Assembly (NCBI RefSeq): GCF_001194135.2
Contig: NC_068993.1
Coordinates: 35,478,522-35,538,403, forward strand
Reading direction: 5' to 3'
DNA: 59,882 bases
Origin: Octopus bimaculoides
Taxonomy: Eukaryota
A model generated the notes under the pieces. The model searched no databases. It saw nothing but the letters and a program-made list of their open reading frames with translations, and was not told the DNA's origin. This document shows, in pieces, positions 53,523 through 59,882 of the stretch; position 1 is the stretch's first letter; each line of letters begins with the position of its first letter. Made by a program: the position numbers and the translations under genes.

Positions 53523-53738
53523 TATTGATTGCAAATTTTAGCACTAGACCAGCAAGTTAGTGGTTAGTCGCTTACATTGACTGCAGTACTTAAATAGTAC
53601 TTTTTTATCGATCCAAAAGGATAAACACTAAAGTCGTCCCTCGGTGGAATTTGAACTCAGAATGTAAAGACGGATGAACTGCCGCTAAGCGTTTTACCTA
53701 GAGCGTGCTAACGATTCTGCGAACTCGTAACCTTGCCT
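53523..53738 (-). mobile_element. SINE family A copy
   Basis: TTTATCGATCCAAAAGGAT...CTCGGTGGAATTTGAACTCAGAATGTAAAGACGG...GCGTGCTAACGATTCTGCG. Confidence 0.8.
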
Positions 53739-54335
53739 TTTCTCTATATTAAATAACGCATTTCAATAAAAAAAATGTTTTAATGATTCAAGGTTATGCT
53801 CCTCGCACCATAGCCGTGGTCCAATGAGCGAAATGAATAAAAGTGTAATACATTACAAAGAGACTCATAGTTGTAGGTAAGGCTGTGTGGTCCTAAATTT
53901 CGCTTCACAGCTACACGGTTTTGTGTACCATCACAGCATTGTAACTGGAATGTATTTTAATTTGGCCAGAAGCTGAACAATTCATCACTACTTAACGTGG
54001 AAGAGTGCAGATTTGCGGAAACACAGCTTACATGCGCATGCGTTTGTGAGTGTATGTTCGCTCAGGTTTACATCATTTAAAAATCTGTACCCTATTTGTC
54101 ACACCTAACCGGTTCGAAAATCAGGTAACTTAACTATCAGACTTTAAAAATATAAGTTCCAGGGTCGATGTGATCGAATAAAACACACGAGGGCGATGCT
54201 ACAAAATACCTGCAGTCTAAAAACCGAAGGAATAATACATTCATTTATAGCTTATTAATTGTTTGACATTCCTGTGATTTATGTTTACTGCTTGTTAACT
54301 AAACTAAGCTGCATAAATATCTAAGATACTATACA

Positions 54336-54367
<32 letters not shown>

Positions 54368-54398
54368 TGACAGAAACAGAGAGGATGAGAGAGAGAGG

Positions 54399-54432
<34 letters not shown>

Positions 54433-54608
54433 TTATGTATGTATATACGTACATATGATTAGCTTCTCTCAGTTCACTTTTACCAAATCCACTCACAACG
54501 TTCCAGTCGATCCTATAATAGAGGACACTTTCCACGCAGTTGATCTGAACCTGGAAAGATGTGGTTGGGAAGCAAGCATAGAGCGAGAAGGAAAATAGTT
54601 ATGCATAT

Positions 54609-54609
<1 letters not shown>

Positions 54610-54683
<74 letters not shown>

Positions 54684-54712
54684 CGCGTGTGTGTGTGTGT
54701 ATGTGTGTGTAT
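54610..54712. repeat. (GT)n microsatellite
   Basis: Direct reading. Confidence 0.95.
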
Positions 54713-54735
54713 GTACATATGTATACACATACTCT

Positions 54736-55110
54736 TATATTCTCTTATTTGTTTCAGTCATTTGACTGCTGCCATGCTGGGGCATCGCCTTCAAGCTTAT
54801 TAATTGAACAAATCGACTGCAGGATTCATTTTTGTTCAGCCTAGTTCTTATTCTATGGAGTCTCTTGCCGAACGGCTAAGTTATGGGGACGAAACCACAC
54901 CAAAACCGGTTGTCAAGCAGTGGCGGGGGACAAATACAGACACACACACATAAATATATGCACATATACGACGGGCTTTTTTCAGTTTGCTTCTACCAAA
55001 TTCACTCACAAGGCTTTGGTAGAAGACAGTTGACCAGATCGCCATGCAGTAGTACTGAACCTGGAACCGTGTTGTTAGGAAGCAAGCTTCATACCACACT
55101 GCCATGCCTT
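54736..55110 (-). mobile_element. CORE-like SINE family B, with internal deletions
   Basis: Reverse complement gives AAGGCATGGCAGTGTGGTATGAAGCTTGCTTCC...GATGCCCCAGCATGGCAGCAGTCAAATGACTGAAACAAATAAGAGAAT. Confidence 0.85.
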
Positions 55111-55113
55111 CAA

Positions 55114-55158
<45 letters not shown>

Positions 55159-55949
55159 TTGCTGCCATATGAGAATGTAACCAAATTAGAATTAGAATCC
55201 AAACACGTATTACTTGTGATTTGCAATAAATTAACGTGCGTCCGATGCTGTGTATTATACAGTGCAGCTTTATAGTTTACGACAACTGTATATTCACCCT
55301 TTTTTACACAGACCACTTGTATTTTAGTTGAATTTCCTTCGTGTGATATGTGCTTCATTGGGCAGCATTTGGACTAATTATACTATAACAGTTAAATCTA
55401 ATCATGATCAATTATGTATCCATCTGCATCAGTTGACATGTTCTTATACTATTCCACATATCAATAAAACTCACCGAAAGTGATGAAACATTTAACGTAC
55501 GATAATTGAAGATAAATACTCATGCCGTCATTATAGTCAGGGAAATTAGGAAAATATTATCACGACGTCTTGTAAAAATAAACGAATACGTCGACACCAT
55601 TTCATTAATTTTCATCAAATTCAAGAACACTGTTTTCATTACATTGTCAATCAAGAAAATATTTACAATTTGCATGCAGCTATAATGTAATAGTTAAAAT
55701 AATTTCACTGAAATATCATATTATACTTCTATACAGGAAGTTTGTCTCGGAGCCAATGATTGATGAGAAGTACAAGAACATTCGAAAGATAGCAACATCT
55801 ACCAATCCATATTTCTTGGCAGATATTCTTATTTATTTTATAAGCTATGCTATCAGCTATAGATACAATTGGACCCTGAAGTATTCTATCATCAGATTAC
55901 AATAAACCTTTTATTCAAGCTTCCATCGATCGCACAAGTGATGTGTGTA

Positions 55950-55986
<37 letters not shown>

Positions 55987-56591
55987 ATGTGTGCGTGTGT
56001 GTGCGTATTCGTAGCATATAATGAATCAGCTTTTGTCTGTAAATCTTTGTTGAAAGGAAAGTATTGTAAATATATAATTATATAGATGCAAATTGGAAAT
56101 AATAGCCTTTTCTCAGCATCTATATTAGTGCAGTTTCGTAATATTAATATTCACTACTTGTACAACTGCTCTGAATTTTTTATTACATTTTCCATTGTCG
56201 TTATCTATGAATTCACAAAACTTTCTGATGTAAAAGTTTATTCTAATAAAGTTCGATGTCTGTAGCGAATACTAACTTCATTAATCAAGTTTTCTAAAAG
56301 CTGATTCTACTCCCTTGCAGTCCCTTATAGATGATACTATTTAATCTAATTGGAAAGTAATTAAACGGGCATCATATCAGCTTGTTGTCCTTGCTTTGGT
56401 ATATACAGTAATATGACTTCAGAAGTGGAAGATTCAATCCACATGATCCAGAGTCATGAACAGAAGCACTTCAGTCAGAACAATCACGCGTTTTATTGAT
56501 ACAAAGCATAACCAAGACCTATTGACCCTATGCTTTTCTTTTCTCTATCCAAGATGAGAGAACCTGGTTTCAAAGTGTTTTAACTTTAAGA

Positions 56592-57010
56592 TTTATCCAT
56601 TCCGGATGGATGAAAGGTAAAGTTGACGTCGGCAGGAATTGATCTCAGGACCAGAAGAAATACTGTAAAACATTTTGTCCGACATTTTAACGATTCTTCT
56701 GGTTCGCTGCCTACACACTAGCGTCAGATTTTGACACAATGCCCGCAATTTTGAACGGATGGTAGTTTGTACCATCGACCCCAGGACAAGATTGGTACTT
56801 TATTTTACTGACCACGGAGGGAAGAAAGGGAAAATTTGAACACAGAACATAAAGTGTTGTAACCTTATAGCCCCAAGTCATTTTATTCGATACTAATAAT
56901 TCAGCCATTCCCGGGAACAGCCGCTCATATCGCCACTAAATTTAATTTATCGACCTGAGGAAGGAAGGAAATAACAGTTTACCATAACGGAGTTTGAACT
57001 AAGAAATTGA
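56592..57010 (-). mobile_element. Cluster of 2-3 degenerate SINE family A copies
   Basis: Repeated GGATGAAAGGTAAAGTTGACGTCGGC / GGTACTTTATTTTACTGACC / GGAGTTTGAACT motifs. Confidence 0.6.
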
Positions 57011-57596
57011 ACCATATTATTCTGCTGTTTTTAAAGCTACTGTAAGCATTAAGAGATAGCTTATTGCAGTTTCTTAAATCTAAAAGAAACTGATTTATCT
57101 ATTCAAATTTATATTATTTACCACAACAAATTGACGTAGAAGAGTTATAAAGCAGATCAGAAAAGGATAGAAAAGTGTAAGAATAGTAGTTTTTACATTT
57201 TTCCTTTTTTGTTCTTTGGCAAACTTTCAAGTCTGTGGTGAAAAATATTTGGCCTGAAAAACATTATCAATTTTGTTTTCAATATATTTATATCAGATCA
57301 AGATTAATGAGGAACTGATACAATGAAAACGTATGAAATATCTTTATCATGATTTAAAAGTTAACGAGAATTTGGTCTTGTATTTATGGAGATGTTAGGA
57401 ATAAAATTTAAACAATTTCAACCTGCTTTAGAATATTTTAAATACATTTGCAATAAATCAATGATAGTTTTAAAACATTTTCAAACCGACAGAAACACAG
57501 CCCGGATAGCGCTTTACTGCTAGATCATGTATGATTCTATATATGTAACTATGTAGGTGGTAGGTAAGTATGGATGTCGGGCCACATTTAGTGCTA

Positions 57597-57808
57597 GTCC
57601 AACGATCCACCGCTTCAGTTATCTTAATCCATTTTTTGAAGGGACGATTTGGAACAAATAGTATCCTTTCGATTTGATACAACAGATACGGCAGAGATAA
57701 ATCCAAATAAAATTTAACACCAGCAACATAATAAACTCAAAAAATAGGTGGACAAAAACCATATAATGTAAGATAGTAATGTTTCTATCGTTTCATCCTC
57801 CTTATCCA

Positions 57809-57809
<1 letters not shown>
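57597..57809. repeat. Diverged duplicate, copy A (partner 59320-59533)
   Basis: Collinear similarity, e.g. AATCCATTTTT..GGGACGATTTGGA and CAGCA.CATAATAAACTCA. Confidence 0.85.
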
Positions 57810-57843
<34 letters not shown>

Positions 57844-58236
57844 GGCGGTGCACTTGTACCAAAATTCTGTTCTAACCATTGTAAAATATTTAAAAATACA
57901 CACACACATACATACATCTATATATACTCTTACATACATATGCGTGTGTATGTATGTATTTATGCATGTATATAAATATATATATNNNNNNNNNNNNNNN
58001 NNNNNNNNNNNNNNNNNNNNNNNNNNNNNNNNNNNNNNNNNNNNNNNNNNNNNNNNNNNNNNNNNNNNNNNNNNNNNNNNNNNNNNNNNNNNNNNNNNNN
58101 NNNNNNNNNNNNNNNNNNNNNNNNNNNNNNNNNNNNNNNNNNNNNNNNNNNNNNNNNNNNNNNNNNNNNNNNNNNNNNNNNNNNNNNNNNNNNNNNNNNN
58201 NNNNNNNNNNNNNNNNNNNNNNNNNNNNNNNNNNNN

Positions 58237-58266
<30 letters not shown>

Positions 58267-58268
<2 letters not shown>

Positions 58269-58481
58269 AGGCGCGTGGCTTAGTGGTTAGGGTGTCAGCA
58301 TCATGATCGTAAGATTGTGGTTTCGATTCCTGGACCGGGCGACGCGTTGTGTTCTTGATCAAAACACTTCATCACACGTTGCTCCAGTCCACTCAGATGG
58401 GGAACACATACGCCATTGAAACCGGGAAACCGGGCCCATGAGCCTGGCAGGGCTTTAAAAAGGGCGCATTTATTATTATTA
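58267..58481 (+). mobile_element. CORE-like tRNA-headed SINE with (ATT)n tail
   Basis: GGAGGCGCGTGGCTTAGTGGTTAGGGTG...GGTTTCGATTCC...GTTGTGTTCTTGATCAAAACACTT...GGGCGCATTTATTATTATT. Confidence 0.8.
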
Positions 58482-58510
58482 TATATATATATATATATAT
58501 ATCTTAATGT

Positions 58511-58660
58511 GTCTGGGGACAGTCATTCTCTTTTTGTACCTTATTACTTAACACACTCACCGGTTCGATTTCTATTCACATAAATAAGGAAATGAGCTGA
58601 AATTGAACCGTTGAATGTGTTAATTAATAAGGCACTGAAAAGGAATGACTCTCCCCTGAC
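58511..58660. mobile_element. Foldback/MITE-like palindrome
   Basis: 58511-58572 vs reverse complement of 58599-58660: 51/62 identity, 26-nt spacer. Confidence 0.8.
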
Positions 58661-59319
58661 AATAAAATATGCTTGCATAAGTAATTTTGCAAACAAAATT
58701 CAAAAACTATATACATGCAAATTGTTGCAAGTGTTTCTAAGATATTCAAAAAGCAGGATTTTAAAGTATAGTTTTGGCATCTGAGTAAATTTAAAAGCAA
58801 CTTCTCGTAGATTTTCAAAATCATTTTTAATGTTTTTCATTGTATCAACTACTTGATCTCACTTAAATAATACAAAACCTAAGTTTTGAGGCCAGCATTT
58901 TCTGACACGGAGCTTCAAAGCTTTCCAAAAATAGTGTGAGTTGCTTACACTTTTATATCTTTCTCCAGTTGTGTTTCTTTCACCACTGTATTAATTTTGG
59001 TGGTAAATAAAATGCATTCGATAGGTAAATCCGTTGCTGCTAGTTTTAAGAAACTGCAGTTTCTTTTATAGATCCACAAGTGGCTTGGAATATACAATAT
59101 TGTAAAGGTGATAGAGATTTGGCTGCCAAGGAGTTTAGTGTTTGCTATACAACATATAGATTAATCTTATATAATATATTTTCTTGGATAAACCAAGCAC
59201 AAGATAAATTATTTTATAAAAGAAGTGTATTCAATTGAATAAACAAGAGTGTATTTTATCTAAATATCTCATCTACCCAAGGATTTAAAGCTACCAAATA
59301 AAATGCAGTGAATTGATTT

Positions 59320-59533
59320 GTTCAATGATTCACTACTTAACTTATCTCAATCCATTTTTAGGGGACGATTTGGAGTAAATTGCATCTATTAGATTTGATA
59401 TGGTAGATGCAGTAGAGATAAATAGAAATAACACTAAATAACAGCAGCATAATAAACTCACAAATATTGTGGGACAAAACTCAATAATGAAAGACAATAA
59501 AGTTTCTGCAGACTCATCATCTTTCTTCCCCAT
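59320..59533. repeat. Diverged duplicate, copy B
   Basis: See copy A; contains the minus-strand ORF 59342-59533. Confidence 0.85.
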
Positions 59534-59536
59534 TTT

Positions 59537-59607
59537 TTGTTGTTGGTGTTGTTGTTGTTGTTGTTGTTCTTCTTCTTCTTCTTCTTCTTCTTCTTTTTCT
59601 TCTTCTT

Positions 59608-59685
<78 letters not shown>
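59537..59685. repeat. Compound (TTG)n(TTC)n(TTA)n microsatellite
   Basis: Direct reading. Confidence 0.97.
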
Positions 59686-59882
59686 GTTCAGTAGTTTTAT
59701 TTTTACAACATGCTTTCACTTCACTACCGAGCGTAACTCTGTGCGCCTTGGGTATTTGCTGTGGTTTGCTGTGGTGCCCTTATGGTTACTGTATTGAAAG
59801 TGTTTTGCGTAGGATGTGTGCAGTGCCCAGTAGTGCAATTTTCTGTATGTTATATATATTTGTAAGTCCTGGTGTTTTTGTT
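59686..59882 (-). mobile_element. 3' end of an R4/Dong-clade non-LTR retrotransposon
   Basis: Minus strand TKTPGLTNIYNIQKIALLGTAHILRKTLSIQ* (stop at 59788-59786) matches the QKxxLLGTAxILRK C-terminus of R4/Dong ORFs. A short 3' UTR runs into (AAT)n. Confidence 0.8.

Overview
AT-rich eukaryotic (animal) DNA with very many microsatellites and 11 N-gaps, most of them flanked by (CA)n/(TA)n tracts. I find no recognisable intact host protein-coding gene, no rRNA, no true tRNA gene and no CRISPR array. Almost all long ORFs in the track are artefacts of N-runs or simple repeats. The repeat families and base composition suggest an octopod (Octopus-like) genome; this is inference, not a database match. 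The window reads as a large intron or intergenic stretch filled with transposable-element relics. These include at least three tRNA-headed SINE families, two Tx1-clade LINE fragments, a CR1/L2-like LINE, the 3' end of an R4/Dong LINE, a Penelope-like element (RT plus GIY-YIG), a Gypsy LTR/gag relic, mariner and Tc1-like transposase relics, and several MITE/foldback elements. Most interesting signals: (1) a textbook AG|GTAAGT recursive-splice (ratchet) site with a 72-nt RS-exon on the minus strand at about 15.5 kb; (2) a degenerate type I hammerhead-ribozyme-like fold at about 42.7 kb, a few kb from the Penelope-like element; (3) a Gypsy element whose interior appears deleted at a Tx1 LINE insertion; (4) a SINE/LINE pair sharing a 3' tail; (5) a diverged pair of about 213-bp segments with a shared short ORF. 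All are hypotheses from manual reading. TE boundaries are approximate unless TIRs or TSDs are quoted.
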